Positions 17,938 through 29,920 of a stretch of 64,000 nucleotides of DNA are shown one piece after another. The position numbers and the translations under genes were made by a program. The stretch's first letter is position 1; every line of letters begins with the position of its first letter. The DNA is from Myxococcales bacterium (GTDB lineage: Bacteria; Myxococcota_A; UBA9042; JABWCM01; BTVJ01). Location: the NCBI GenBank assembly GCA_045863395.1, contig BTVJ01000017.1:32001-96000 (forward strand). The letters run 5' to 3'. The notes beneath the pieces were generated by a model. That model searched no databases. It was not told where the DNA came from and worked only from the letters and a program-made list of their open reading frames with translations.

Positions 17938-20229
17938 CTACTCGGTGATGTCGTAGATCACGGAGCCCAGCACCACCTGCACGTTGCGCCCGAGCGCCAG
18001 CCACGGCGCTGCCTCGGGGTGCTTGTCCAGCAGCGCGAAGTAGGCGTCGGAGCCGAACTTGACCTGGACGTTCTTCGCGCCGGCGTTGGACTGGACGTTG
18101 GCATCCACCCACTGGGCCCCGTTCTGGTAGAAGGCCCGCCCGCCCACGTAGCGCGGCTTCTGCTGCTCCAGGGAGTGAGCCATGCGGCCGGCCGCCTCGC
18201 CCCCACCCGCGCCGACGCCCGTCGCAGCGCCGCCGGCGCCGAGCGCGCCATACGACTGTGCCGCGAAGTCGCTCGCTTTCTCTTGGGCCGCCGCGGCAGC
18301 CGGCGCTGACCGGAGCGCCTGGTTGGCCTGGGCGGCGCGCACTCCCGCTCCCCCGTCCTTGGATTTCTTCATGGCGTCGTAGGCCCCCTTGTACTCCTCG
18401 CGCATGGCCCGGTCGCCGCCCAGCGGCGCCATGGCCCGGGCGCGGAGCGGGACGTTGCGCCGATCCTCGTCTTCCACGATCAGGTAGGCCGTGTACGGGG
18501 TCACGATGCCGTACCGCCGCGCCAGATCGGTCACCTCGTCGCGGAGCTCCTTGCTCTCGCCGCGCAGCCGGATCTCGTCGAGGAGCCACCCCACGCGACG
18601 CGTCGCCCAGAGCCGCGGGATGAACGGGTGCGTGATGTCCTTCTCTGGGAGCTTGCCTTCGTACACGAGGCGCACGCCCTTGCCATTGACCACGCCCTCC
18701 AGCGTGATCGCGGTGTCGCCGCTGCCGCTGTACCGCCCGAGCACCACGAGCTGGTCGCCTTTGAACAGGTCCGGCAGCACCTTGGGCTCCAGGCGCGTGA
18801 CCCTGACGTTCGAGAAGGCCACCTCCAGGTTCGCCATGACCGGGTCATTGATCTTGGAGTAGAAGCTCGACACCTTCAGCTCGATGTCCTCGTCCGGCAG
18901 CACGTACTGGCTCACGGCGCGGGTCCGCTCGGTCAGCTTGTCGAGCAGGTGGGTGTTGATGTCCGTCCCGATGCCGAAGCTGAAGATGCGGACGGGCGCG
19001 TTGCCGAACGGGGTGATCACGCTCTTGAGGATGGCCTCCTCGTCCGTCTCCCCAATCGTGGGCCGCCCGTCGGTCAGGAACACCACCACGTAAGGGCGCC
19101 CCACCTGCGCCTGGGACTTCACGGGCCCGAGCGCGGTGGTCAGGGCCTCCTCGATGGCCGTCCCGCCCATGGGGGTCAGCGCCTCCACGAACTCGCGGGC
19201 CTTCGCGCGGTTGTCCGCGGTCGCCTCCACGAGCTTGCCGAACACGCTCTCCGCCTCGGTGCTGAAGCGCACCACCTCGAAGCGGTCGCCCGCGTTGAGG
19301 TTGGCCACACAGAACGTCAGCGCCTTCTTCGCCTGGGTGAGCTTGTCCCCCTCCGCCATGGAGCCCGAGTTGTCGAGTACGAAGACCACGTCCTTGTCCA
19401 CCACCTGGCTCGCCCCCGCCTGGGCGCTCGGGCTGAGCAGCAAGAGGAACGTGCCCTCCTTGTCGCCGGGCTCGCGGTGCGCCATCAGGCTGATTCCGAT
19501 GTCCGACTTGTCGTCGGTCCCGTACAGGAGCTGAAAGTCGGTGTCGGGTCTGGCGCGGCTCGTCTCCCACCCGACGACCGCCTCGTTGGCGCCGCGGCGG
19601 TTCACGTCCACCGTGTGGCTGGGCGAGTAGACCGTCTGGAGGCGCTGCTTCGTCGCGAGCTCCACCTTCACGGACACGCTGCCGATGGGGGCAGCGCTGA
19701 AGCGCTCGGTGTTGAGCGGGTAGCGATACTCGGTGAGGGCCCCGTCCTTCTTGAGGATCTCGGTGTACTTCAGCTTGACGCGCTTGTCGCCGCGCGCCTC
19801 GATGGGGTAGATGCGCACCTTGAACATGGCCTGCCCGGCGTACTCCAGCAGAGCCGGGTCCTTCATGCGCCGCACGATGTCCTCGTAGATCTTGCGGGCC
19901 TTGTCGGCGTCGAGCAGCTCCGCCTGGGTCATGCGGCCGTTGACGTCCATGAGGAATGAGTCGATCTGCGCCCCCTTGGGGATGGGGAAGATGTAGGTGC
20001 CCTCCAGCACCGTCGGGTTGGGATTGTAGAAGACCTGGTCCACCTCGGTGGTCGCCACCTGGTCCTCGATGCGCACCGTCACGTGGTGGTGCTTCACCTC
20101 CAGCGGCGCGAAGGCGTACGGGATGGGGCGGTGGGGCATCGGGTGGTCCCGCACGACGATGAAGCCGTCGGCGAGGGCCAGGGAGGGAGTCAGGACGAGG
20201 GCGACCAGGGCGAGCAGGGCGGCTTTCAT
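17938..20229 (-). CDS. Secreted VIT (vault/inter-alpha-trypsin) + vWA domain protein (763 aa)
   Basis: Signal peptide; ATTEVDQVFYNP...EGTYIFPIP (VIT); MIDAS DNSGSM, GGTAI, LTDG; YGIVTPYTAYLIVE tail. Confidence 0.9.
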   Translation of the reverse strand: MKAALLALVALVLTPSLALADGFIVVRDHPMPHRPIPYAFAPLEVKHHHVTVRIEDQVATTEVDQVFYNPNPTVLEGTYIFPIPKGAQIDSFLMDVNGRMTQAELLDADKARKIYEDIVRRMKDPALLEYAGQAMFKVRIYPIEARGDKRVKLKYTEILKKDGALTEYRYPLNTERFSAAPIGSVSVKVELATKQRLQTVYSPSHTVDVNRRGANEAVVGWETSRARPDTDFQLLYGTDDKSDIGISLMAHREPGDKEGTFLLLLSPSAQAGASQVVDKDVVFVLDNSGSMAEGDKLTQAKKALTFCVANLNAGDRFEVVRFSTEAESVFGKLVEATADNRAKAREFVEALTPMGGTAIEEALTTALGPVKSQAQVGRPYVVVFLTDGRPTIGETDEEAILKSVITPFGNAPVRIFSFGIGTDINTHLLDKLTERTRAVSQYVLPDEDIELKVSSFYSKINDPVMANLEVAFSNVRVTRLEPKVLPDLFKGDQLVVLGRYSGSGDTAITLEGVVNGKGVRLVYEGKLPEKDITHPFIPRLWATRRVGWLLDEIRLRGESKELRDEVTDLARRYGIVTPYTAYLIVEDEDRRNVPLRARAMAPLGGDRAMREEYKGAYDAMKKSKDGGAGVRAAQANQALRSAPAAAAAQEKASDFAAQSYGALGAGGAATGVGAGGGEAAGRMAHSLEQQKPRYVGGRAFYQNGAQWVDANVQSNAGAKNVQVKFGSDAYFALLDKHPEAAPWLALGRNVQVVLGSVIYDITE

Positions 20230-20368
20230 GGGGTCAGGCTCCTTTTCAGCGACGACCGCCCGTTGAACGTAGCACAGCCGCAAAGGATCCGGCGAGCAAC
20301 CACGGCGACGCCACGGCACTTCCGCGCCTCGATGACTCCAGCAGCGCCTGCGTGATGCCCCAGAGGCC

Positions 20369-21448
20369 CTATGTCACCCGCTCGACGAACCAGTACACCC
20401 CGACCGCGGCTACGCCGAGGCTGAGCGCAGGAGCCAAGCGGGGAGTGAACCAGGTTGCCCGCCGGGCCAGAGAGAGCAAGGGAACGACGAGCAGGACCAC
20501 GGCGAGCTGTCCTGCCTCGACCCCCAGGTTGAAGCCGAGCAACGCCAAGGGAACTGCGTCAGCAGGGAGCGCCATCTCGTGGAGCGCCCCCGCAAAGCCA
20601 AACCCGTGGATCAGGCCGAACACGAAGGTGACCAGGTGACGCCGGCTCACCGCCGTCGCGAGGCGGTTCTCCACGCCGACGTAGATGATGGACAGCGCGA
20701 TGAGCGGCTCCACGAGGGATGGTGACGGCGCGACGAGGCCGAGGGTCGCCGCGGCGAGGGTCAGCGAGTGGGCGACGGTGAACGAGGTGACGACTGCCAC
20801 CAGGCTCCGGACCGTCCCCCCGACCAGCAGCAGCGCCAGCAGGAACAGCAGGTGGTCTGCCCCGACCAGGATGTGCTCGACGCCCAAGCGAACCATGGCG
20901 CCAAAGCCAGGAGGCGGTGCGGGCGCCGTGGCGCCCAGCGGAACGTCGAGGACGGGATGCGAGGCCCAGGTGACCGCCTCGGCTCCCCCAACCCGGGCCA
21001 GGTGCCGGTGCCCGAAGGGGAGCGTATCGAGGAATCCGAGCGTCAGGCGCACGGACTCCGGCGCGCCGTCACAGGTCCAGCCGCCCCGAATCGTCACGCC
21101 GTCCATCTCTGCGGGGTCCGCAGAGGCAGAGCTTGGGGCGCAGCGCGCCCCGGCAGACTCCGCACGGACGGCGCCCAGGATAGCGGTGGCGAGCGCTGTG
21201 CTGGCCGCCCGCACCTCGGCCTCCGAGACAGCGCCATCCCCGTCCGCGTCGAGGCTCGGGAGCACGACCAGGGCGTCGGCGCGGGCGAGGGAGAGCGTCG
21301 CATCGACCGACGCGCTCTCCTGGCGCCCAGAGTACTCGCCTCGCGACAGCCCCACGCGATGGGCAAGCGCCGGAGACACCAAGGCGCAGACCATGACAAC
21401 CGCGAACGGCCAGCGCAGGGTGGTCGGCCGCGGCTCAAGGCTGCGCAC
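20369..21448 (-). CDS. HupE/UreJ family membrane protein with N-terminal periplasmic domain
   Basis: LGVEHILVGADHLLF, FTVAHSLTL, FGLIHGFGFA, FNLGVEAGQ motifs. Confidence 0.88.
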   Translation of the reverse strand: MRSLEPRPTTLRWPFAVVMVCALVSPALAHRVGLSRGEYSGRQESASVDATLSLARADALVVLPSLDADGDGAVSEAEVRAASTALATAILGAVRAESAGARCAPSSASADPAEMDGVTIRGGWTCDGAPESVRLTLGFLDTLPFGHRHLARVGGAEAVTWASHPVLDVPLGATAPAPPPGFGAMVRLGVEHILVGADHLLFLLALLLVGGTVRSLVAVVTSFTVAHSLTLAAATLGLVAPSPSLVEPLIALSIIYVGVENRLATAVSRRHLVTFVFGLIHGFGFAGALHEMALPADAVPLALLGFNLGVEAGQLAVVLLVVPLLSLARRATWFTPRLAPALSLGVAAVGVYWFVERVT

Positions 21449-22751
21449 GGAGCAGCTCCCTGGCCTCCCGGGCCTCCACTGTATCGAAGGCGGGATTGAG
21501 CGCCAGGGCGTCTGCGATCAGGGCCCTGCCGGCCTCGGTGCGGCCGGCCGCCAGCGCGATGGCACCCCCGTGATAGAGAATCCGGGCGTCTCGGGTGCCT
21601 GTCCGAAGCGCCCGCTCCGCGGCCACCTCCGCCTCCGGGATGCGACCCACCCGGAAGAGCGCCCAGGCGAGGGCGTCGTCCAGGGCGCCTCCGGACCGCG
21701 TCTTGCGCTCCACCTCCAGACGGCGCAGCGCCTCGTCGAGGTGCAGCCTGCGTGACGCCAGCAGCGCCGCGAGCTGGAGCCCATCGGTCGCCCGCCCGAT
21801 GCGCAGAGCCTCCGCGTCGGCCGCCGCAGCACCCACCTCGTCTCCCGCCTCCCTCCGCGCATTTGCGAGCAGCCAGGCGGTCTCGACCAGCGGCGCTGCC
21901 CTCAGCGAGCGGGCAAGGAGTGTGGCCGCCTCCGCTGAGCGCCCCGCGGAGAGAGCCGCGCGCCCCTTGCACGCGAGACCGGCCGGGTAGCTCTCGAGCC
22001 ACCTCAGCGCGAGGTCGCAGCCCGCCTCGGCCCCTTCGTAGTCGCCCCCGTGCCAGAAGACCATGGCGGCCTGCACCAGCGCCCACGCCGTGGGCTCCCG
22101 GTCCCGGGCATCCCACCCCGAGTCGATGGCGTGGCGGTAGAGGACCTTGGCGCCCGCCGAGTCTCCGCGCAGCCACCGGAGGTGGGCCGCTCGTGCGTAG
22201 GCGGGCAGAGACGGCTTCAGGTCGAGCATGCGCTGCGTCGCCCCCTCGGCGCCATCGATGTCGCCGAGCTCGATCAGCGCGTCGGCGAGGGCCCCCAGGG
22301 AGACGAGATCGTCGGGGTCGGACTGGAGCGCCGCACGAGCGCGGTCACGAGCCTCGGCGAAGCGGTGCTGCGATGTCAGCGCGAGGGCGAGGAGCCCGAG
22401 CGCCTGGGCGCTCTCGGGCTCGCGAGCCAGCACCTCCTGCGCGCAGGCCTCGACGGCCAAGGTGAAGCCTGGGTCTCCGGTCTCCCTTGCGACACGCCCC
22501 CACGCCCGCCCGAGGGCCAGCCAGGCATCGGGTCGCTGCGGGCTCTGCCGGACTCTCTGCTGTGCGGCGCGCACGGCCTCGGCCCCCGGCACACTGGGGG
22601 CCGCAGCCATGGCGAGGGCCTGCTCAGCAACCTGCGGTGATGGGGATGGCGTCGGAGGGCTCTCCGATGAAGAGCAGGCCGCCAGAACGACGGCGATCAC
22701 AGCGGAGCATCCTGTGAGCCTGCTCCGTGACTTCCGGTGGCCTTGACTCAT
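21435..22751 (-). CDS. TPR-repeat lipoprotein
   Basis: VLAA-C lipobox; helical TPR-like repeats; DALAWAL...ILYHGG C-terminal motif typical of DUF4331-linked TPR proteins. Start uncertain (alternative GTG at 22868). Confidence 0.78.
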   Translation of the reverse strand: MSQGHRKSRSRLTGCSAVIAVVLAACSSSESPPTPSPSPQVAEQALAMAAAPSVPGAEAVRAAQQRVRQSPQRPDAWLALGRAWGRVARETGDPGFTLAVEACAQEVLAREPESAQALGLLALALTSQHRFAEARDRARAALQSDPDDLVSLGALADALIELGDIDGAEGATQRMLDLKPSLPAYARAAHLRWLRGDSAGAKVLYRHAIDSGWDARDREPTAWALVQAAMVFWHGGDYEGAEAGCDLALRWLESYPAGLACKGRAALSAGRSAEAATLLARSLRAAPLVETAWLLANARREAGDEVGAAAADAEALRIGRATDGLQLAALLASRRLHLDEALRRLEVERKTRSGGALDDALAWALFRVGRIPEAEVAAERALRTGTRDARILYHGGAIALAAGRTEAGRALIADALALNPAFDTVEAREARELLRAQP

Positions 22752-22889
22752 GGCAGGTCCTCGAGACTGTGGGGCTCCGGGGGCGAGGCCGCCGGCCGCC
22801 CGTGGGGGGCTTCCGGCGGGCCTGCTCTGCGTCGCGGCGATACGGTTGCGTTCGCCCTGCTCCGACACGCCAATCTGGCCGCGCCTCGT

Positions 22890-24272
22890 CTACGGAGTGG
22901 GGACGCCGTGCCCCTGGTCCGAGCCACGCCACGGGAGGGCCAGGTACGGGAAGGTCTTGAGGAATTGCTTGTCGTTGTAGTCCACGCCGTCCGAGATGCC
23001 CGAGAGCTGCTTCGTCAGGATCAACGACAGGAGCACGTCCGTCACGTCCGCCTGCTCCTGGTGCGGCATGGCGCCCCCGATCAGCGGGCGACCGTTGGGG
23101 AAGCCCGAGTCCATCGCCATGTCCACGCGGAGCACGTCGCCCGTGGCCTCGAGCGGGATGGAGTGAGCACCCGGCGTCGGGATGTTCGTGAGGTTGATGG
23201 CGTCGATGATGTCGAAGCGGTCGGTCTTGAAGGGCGTCGGGTCCACGCCGAGAGCACTGTAGATTCCCACGGCCTCGGCGTCACGAACCACGATGGGGTT
23301 CAAGAAGTAGGACGCGTAGTTCCCGACGTCGGTTGCGGGCGTCGTGCGGTTGTAGCGGTCCTTGTCCTGATAGCCGATCAGCGCCTCGTTGACGAGTGGG
23401 AGCCCGAGCCTCGAGACCTGCACCCACGGCCCCATGCCGACAGACTTGCCGTTGTTCAACAGGATGGTGGTCTTTCTGCGGCTCGTCGAGGACCAGATGC
23501 CGAGAGTCGTGTCGTTTCCGGGTATCTCGCCTGGGCTCTGCCCCGTGCCGGTCAGCAGCTTCGTGGGGATCTCGATGGCGATGGCGTGGCAGTTGAAGCC
23601 CGCCACACCGTCCTGGGCGACCCCCTTCGGGCGCAGGCTCGCCAGGTCGAAGATCCCGCCCAGATCCACGTAGAAACCGTCATCACGCGGTCCCGCCCAG
23701 ACACGGCCCTCGGCGCCCATGTCCTTGATGAACGTCGCGGCGAAGGCATCATCGTAGGGTACGCCTCCCCCAGCGACCGCGTCCGTCGTCGGGCCGATGT
23801 TGGGCGGTGCGACCGACACTCCTTGAGCGATGCTCGTGGTGGTGCCGCCCTCGATCTTGAGGACGCGGTAGGTCTGGGCATAGCCGGTGAGCTGAATGAA
23901 GAACTCCTTGCCGCCGCCGACCGGCGCGTCGAGATCTCCGGGGTCGACCCCAGCCACCGCCTTCTCCGAGAAGTGGAACTGGTACGTGACGGCGTCGGCC
24001 AGGGACGCGCCACGAGCGATGTGCAGCTCGTAGAGCACGTCCTTCGAGAAGCCGTGGAAGTTCGGGCCGCCCGACGGCTCCTCCATGGGGTTGAAGGCCA
24101 TGATGACCGTCAGCTTGTCGTGGGTCCCGGGGGTCACCCAGGCATAGAGATCCGTGTTGTCTGCGACGGGGTCGAGGGCGATGGCTGGTGCCTCGCGGTG
24201 GCTCGACGCCAAGGCGGCGGGCATACCCAGGGAGAGGCCCGCGAGCGCTGCCAGTCCTGCTGCTCTGTTCAT
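22890..24272 (-). CDS. DUF4331 domain-containing secreted protein
   Basis: Signal peptide then SSHREAP, DNTDLYAW, GPRDDGFYVDL, QVSRLGLPLVNE, GFPNGR, FPYLA motifs. Confidence 0.9.
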   Translation of the reverse strand: MNRAAGLAALAGLSLGMPAALASSHREAPAIALDPVADNTDLYAWVTPGTHDKLTVIMAFNPMEEPSGGPNFHGFSKDVLYELHIARGASLADAVTYQFHFSEKAVAGVDPGDLDAPVGGGKEFFIQLTGYAQTYRVLKIEGGTTTSIAQGVSVAPPNIGPTTDAVAGGGVPYDDAFAATFIKDMGAEGRVWAGPRDDGFYVDLGGIFDLASLRPKGVAQDGVAGFNCHAIAIEIPTKLLTGTGQSPGEIPGNDTTLGIWSSTSRRKTTILLNNGKSVGMGPWVQVSRLGLPLVNEALIGYQDKDRYNRTTPATDVGNYASYFLNPIVVRDAEAVGIYSALGVDPTPFKTDRFDIIDAINLTNIPTPGAHSIPLEATGDVLRVDMAMDSGFPNGRPLIGGAMPHQEQADVTDVLLSLILTKQLSGISDGVDYNDKQFLKTFPYLALPWRGSDQGHGVPTP

Positions 24273-24311
24273 TGGATCCTCCTTGAATTCGGCTCCGAAG
24301 ATTGGTGATGG

Positions 24312-25502
24312 CTAATCGCTGCCAAGGGTCTTCACCAGGTAGACCGCTCCTCCCGACCCGGCGGACAGGTCCGCCCAGGAGTACGTGTCCTTGTTTCGTG
24401 CGCGGTGGACGCCGCCGGCATCCACATTGGCGGAAATCCCCTCCGTGAGGTGCTGCACGGCGCCCGTGGCAAGCTCGACGCGGTAGACTACGTCGGAACC
24501 GGTGGTGGAGTCGATGCCCGAGACCAGCAGGACGCTCTCGTCGAGGGAGAGCGCGATGCCAGCCGGATACCCTACGCCGATGTCCTTGACGATGGTGGAC
24601 TCGACCCCAGCCTCGGTCACTGCAAAGACGGCGCCCCGGCCGTTGGAGGCGGAGGTGTCGGTGACGTACACGGTCTCCCCGCTGGACGTGGCTGCGACTC
24701 CGCTCGGGTCGGAGAGCGCGCCTCCCTTGGCGAGGACCGTCACCGCGCCACCAGCCGCCGGCATCCGCATCACGGCGGGCTCCGAGGTGCCTGGGGCCGT
24801 GCCCGTGAAGAAGAGCAGATCGCCGCCGGGAGCCGGGACGACGTCTACACCGCGAGCCAGCGTCCCCTCCGTGCCCGCGAGTGTCGCGGGAGCGCCGCCT
24901 TCGGTGGACAGGGTGAAGATCCGGCCCACAACGTCGCCCTCCTCCGCCGCAGGGTCCGCGACGAAGAGCAAGGTCCCCGACGGAGCGACGGCGATTCCCA
25001 GAGGGGCAGACAGCGGTGCCCCCACCGCAAGTGGAGTCACCGCGCCACCTGCCACGGCTACGCGGAAGACCCCCGGCGTCCCATCGGACTGGGCCGTGAA
25101 GTAGATGGTCTTCGCGTCGGGGTCGGGCGTCGAATCGAGGGGGGTCGAGAACGCCGCGCCTCCTGTTGCTATGGGGTCGATGGAGGTCACCGATGCGTTG
25201 CCGGTGGGCCCTGCGTCGCTGCCGGCATCGCCGCCGGCGTCGCTGCCGGCGTCGCTGCCAGCGTCTCCCCCAATGCCCGTGTCGAGTGCCGCGTCCTCCC
25301 CGACGACGGCGTCGGAGTGGCCGCCCGCATCGGCCCCGACTGCGTCGCCCCCCGCATCGGCCGTCGCCGTGTCCGCGAGTCCAGCGTCCTGTTGAGCGCC
25401 CGGCCCTTCGTCGTCGGAACACGCTGTGCCAAGCCCGATCACCAACGCCCCGGAAGCCAGGACAGCAGCTCGGGCGGTGAGCCTCCATCGATCACTTGTC
25501 AT
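24312..25502 (-). CDS. Lipoprotein with Asp/Ala/Gly linker and beta-propeller (NHL/SMP-30-like) domain
   Basis: GGAGG RBS; LGTA-C lipobox; repeated PxGIAVxPxGxxLxVxD blades. Confidence 0.78.
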   Translation of the reverse strand: MTSDRWRLTARAAVLASGALVIGLGTACSDDEGPGAQQDAGLADTATADAGGDAVGADAGGHSDAVVGEDAALDTGIGGDAGSDAGSDAGGDAGSDAGPTGNASVTSIDPIATGGAAFSTPLDSTPDPDAKTIYFTAQSDGTPGVFRVAVAGGAVTPLAVGAPLSAPLGIAVAPSGTLLFVADPAAEEGDVVGRIFTLSTEGGAPATLAGTEGTLARGVDVVPAPGGDLLFFTGTAPGTSEPAVMRMPAAGGAVTVLAKGGALSDPSGVAATSSGETVYVTDTSASNGRGAVFAVTEAGVESTIVKDIGVGYPAGIALSLDESVLLVSGIDSTTGSDVVYRVELATGAVQHLTEGISANVDAGGVHRARNKDTYSWADLSAGSGGAVYLVKTLGSD

Positions 25503-25608
25503 TCCATCCTCCAGTGCCTGAAGCGAACATCGCCGCTGCCCAAGGGGGCCCCGGGGTAGCGGCCTGCCGGTCTCCCGACAGGGGCTCTTCGGCGACGTTG
25601 CGTTGGAG

Positions 25609-25634
25609 TACGAGGCACGATTCGAATCGGATCG
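25609..25634 (-). promoter_or_regulatory. Putative ECF sigma promoter CGATCC-N16-CGTA for the propeller-DUF4331-TPR-HupE operon
   Basis: GATCC and CGTA elements 16 bp apart in the short intergenic region. Confidence 0.45.
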
Positions 25635-25667
25635 ACGGGCCGCGATCATTGACGGGGCTCCGAGCGC

Positions 25668-26630
25668 TCAGCGCAAGTCACACCGAGGTCCGCAGCGTCC
25701 GGCCACGCAGCCAGCCGCACACTCCATATCGGTGGCACAGTCCGCCCCGAGGGGCTTGGGGAGGGCGCAGGTGCCCGCGATGCAGCGCGTCCCTGGCGCA
25801 CAGCCCGCTCCCGAGCAGGCGCCGCCCGCTGGGATGGCCGCGCCGGCGACGCATCGCCCCCGCTCGCACCTCGCGGCACGCCCGCACTGGGATGGGAGCT
25901 CACAGGTGGCTCCCAGGACCCGGACCGGCTCGCAGCGTCGGCGGCCGCAGGCCTCGCGGCACTCGGGGTGAGCAGCGTCCACACCGAGCTGGCGCGTCAT
26001 CGTCGCGAGCGTATCTACGCGGCCTCCACACGGCTCGCCGGTCGCGCCCGGCGTTGCGCACGTACCTGCCTCCGTCGGACCCACGCCACGACACCGGAGA
26101 CCATCGACGCACTCGAGCGACGAGCGGCACCGCGCCCCAGCCGTGAGCGTCCCCCGAAGGAGCCGTTGGCAGGGGCCAGCGGCCTGAAGAGGCCACGGAC
26201 CGACGTGCGCGCAGTCGGAGTGCTGAGCTGCCTGCGCGGTCTCGCAGGCAGCGACGTCGTCCTCCGCCAGCTCGATGGCGCCCGACTCCACGGCGACGCC
26301 CAGCATCCGAACGCACTCGCTCGTCAGTACCAGGGTCGGCTCGATCTTGCAGCAGTCGGCGCGGCGCTTCTCAGGCACGTCGTGGAGCGCCTGGCACGCA
26401 CGGACGACCAGGGGCGACGGAACCCCGGCGAGGGGCGGGTACACCGGGCGCACGGACTCGTCGCGCTGCACCTCTTCTGGCTGGGCGTTGCCGGGTGTCG
26501 CCGGCGGCGCAAGCGGCTCAGGCGAAGGTCCCTGAGCGGGCTGGTCGGGGGGCGGGTCGCGCCTGCATGAGAGGCCCCCAAGACCCAAGAGGACGACGAC
26601 CAGAAGGACTCCCGGGTGCTGCCTGACCAT
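25668..26630 (-). CDS. Cys-rich lipoprotein (GxxCxxxxxC repeats, Dickkopf-like)
   Basis: GGAG RBS; GGLS-C lipobox; Pro linker; many Cys modules. Confidence 0.75.
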   Translation of the reverse strand: MVRQHPGVLLVVVLLGLGGLSCRRDPPPDQPAQGPSPEPLAPPATPGNAQPEEVQRDESVRPVYPPLAGVPSPLVVRACQALHDVPEKRRADCCKIEPTLVLTSECVRMLGVAVESGAIELAEDDVAACETAQAAQHSDCAHVGPWPLQAAGPCQRLLRGTLTAGARCRSSLECVDGLRCRGVGPTEAGTCATPGATGEPCGGRVDTLATMTRQLGVDAAHPECREACGRRRCEPVRVLGATCELPSQCGRAARCERGRCVAGAAIPAGGACSGAGCAPGTRCIAGTCALPKPLGADCATDMECAAGCVAGRCGPRCDLR

Positions 26631-26870
26631 GCGGGTCTCCTGTGAGCGGCGACCAATGGGCGCTTGGCCGCCAGAGGTCTACGGCCGAGTGGCTCGCCGG
26701 GATCGACCGGCGGTCAGGCGGTCGCTGGGGTCGTCGCCAGCAGTCCACCAGGCAAGAGGAGCCGAGTCGACTTGACCCCAACCTTGTACCCGACCCGCCG
26801 CAGTGCTCCTTGCGCGCTCGCCCCGGCATCTAGTAGGCTTCGCCGCGCCCAAGCCCCCATGGAGATGCCG

Positions 26871-28507
26871 ATGAGCCGCCCCGAGACGATCAGCTTCGAC
26901 ACGCACCCGAGCCGCTACCGGCACTGGCGCTTCACCGTGGACGGCGACGTGGCGCGCCTCCTCATGGACGTACAGGAGGAGGGCGGCCTCGACCCGTCCC
27001 ACGTCCTCAAGCTCAACTCCTACGATCTTTCGGTGGACCTGGAGCTGGCGGACGCGGTGCAGCGCCTGCGCTTCGAGCACCCCGAGGTGCGGGTCGTCGT
27101 GGTCGGCAGCGCCAAGGACCGGGCGTTCTGCGCCGGCGCCAACATCCCGATGCTCGCGAGCTCGACCCACGCCTTCAAGGTCAACTTCTGCAAGTTCACC
27201 AACGAGACGCGGCTCGGCATCGAGGACGCGAGCCGCACGAGCGGGGTCCGCTTCCTCGCAGCGGTGTCCGGCGCCTGCGCCGGCGGCGGCTACGAGCTGG
27301 CGATGGCCTGCGACGAGATCCTGCTGATCGACGACCGGTCGAGCGCCGTGAGCCTGCCCGAGGTGCCCCTGCTCGGCGTGCTGCCCGGCACCGGCGGGCT
27401 GACCCGGCTCGTGGACAAGCGCAAGGTGCGGCGCGACCGGGCGGACGTGTTCTGCACCCTGGGCGAGGGCATCAAGGGCAAGCGCGCCGTGGAGTGGGGG
27501 TTGGTGGACGCCGTCGCCTCCAAGAGCCAGTACGCCGACGCGGTGGGGCGGCGCGCCCGCGCCCTGGCGGACTCGGTCCCGCCCAAGGCGGGGCGGGCCG
27601 GCGTGGCGCTCCCCCCACTGGCGCCCGAGATCGGCGAGGGCGGCCTGCGCTACGAGCACGTCGATGTTGTAATAGATGGTCGCGTCGCCACCGTCACCCT
27701 GACGGGGCCGGCCAGCGTGGTGACGGGCGCCGAGGCCATGCAAGCAGCCGGCGCCTCGTACTGGCCGCTGGCGGTGATGCGCCAGCTCGACGACGCCCTG
27801 CTCCAGCTCCGGTTCAACCACGAGGACGTCGGCCTGCTCGTTCTGAAGACCCGGGGCGACGCCGCGACCCTGCTCGCGACGGAGCAGGCGCTGTGGGACG
27901 CCCGCGACGACTGGTTCGCCAACGAGGTGCTCGGCATGGCCCGGCGCACGCTCAAGCGCCTGGAGACCAGCGCCCGCAGCCTGTTCGCCGTGGCGGACGC
28001 CGGGTCGTGCTTCGCCGGGCTCTTCCTGGAGGTCCTGCTCGCAGCGGACCGCTCTTACATGCTCAACGACCCGTCCGCGGCGGTCCACCTGCAGGTCGGC
28101 CCCCTGAACCGGGGGGCGCTGCCCATGGGCAACGGCCTCTCGCGGCTGGAGTCGCGCTTCCTGGACGCGCCCGAGCGGGTCGCCGAGGTGCTCGCCGTGA
28201 GCGGTCCCATCGACGCCGAGGAGGCGGATACCTTGGGCCTCGTGACCTTCGCCCCCGACGAGCTGGACTGGGAGGACGAGGTGCGGCTCGCCGTCGAGGA
28301 GCGGGCCAGCATGTCCCCCGACGCGCTGACGGGCATGGAGGCCTCCCTGCGCTTCGCCGGGCCCGAGACCCTGGAGACCAAGATCTTCGGGCGCCTGTCC
28401 GCCTGGCAGAACTGGATCTTCCAGCGCCCCAACGCCGTCGGCGAGCGGGGCGCGCTGAAACTCTACGGCAAACCCGAGCGGCCTGAGCTCGACTGGCGGA
28501 GGACCGG

Positions 28508-28511
<4 letters not shown>
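26871..28511 (+). CDS. boxC: 2,3-epoxybenzoyl-CoA dihydrolase BoxC
   Basis: F.T.PSRYRHW, LKLNSYDL.VD.ELADA.QRLRFEHPEV, HAFKVNFCKFTNETR, GPETLETKIFGRLSAWQNWIFQRPNAVG. Confidence 0.95.
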
Positions 28512-29920
<1,409 letters not shown>

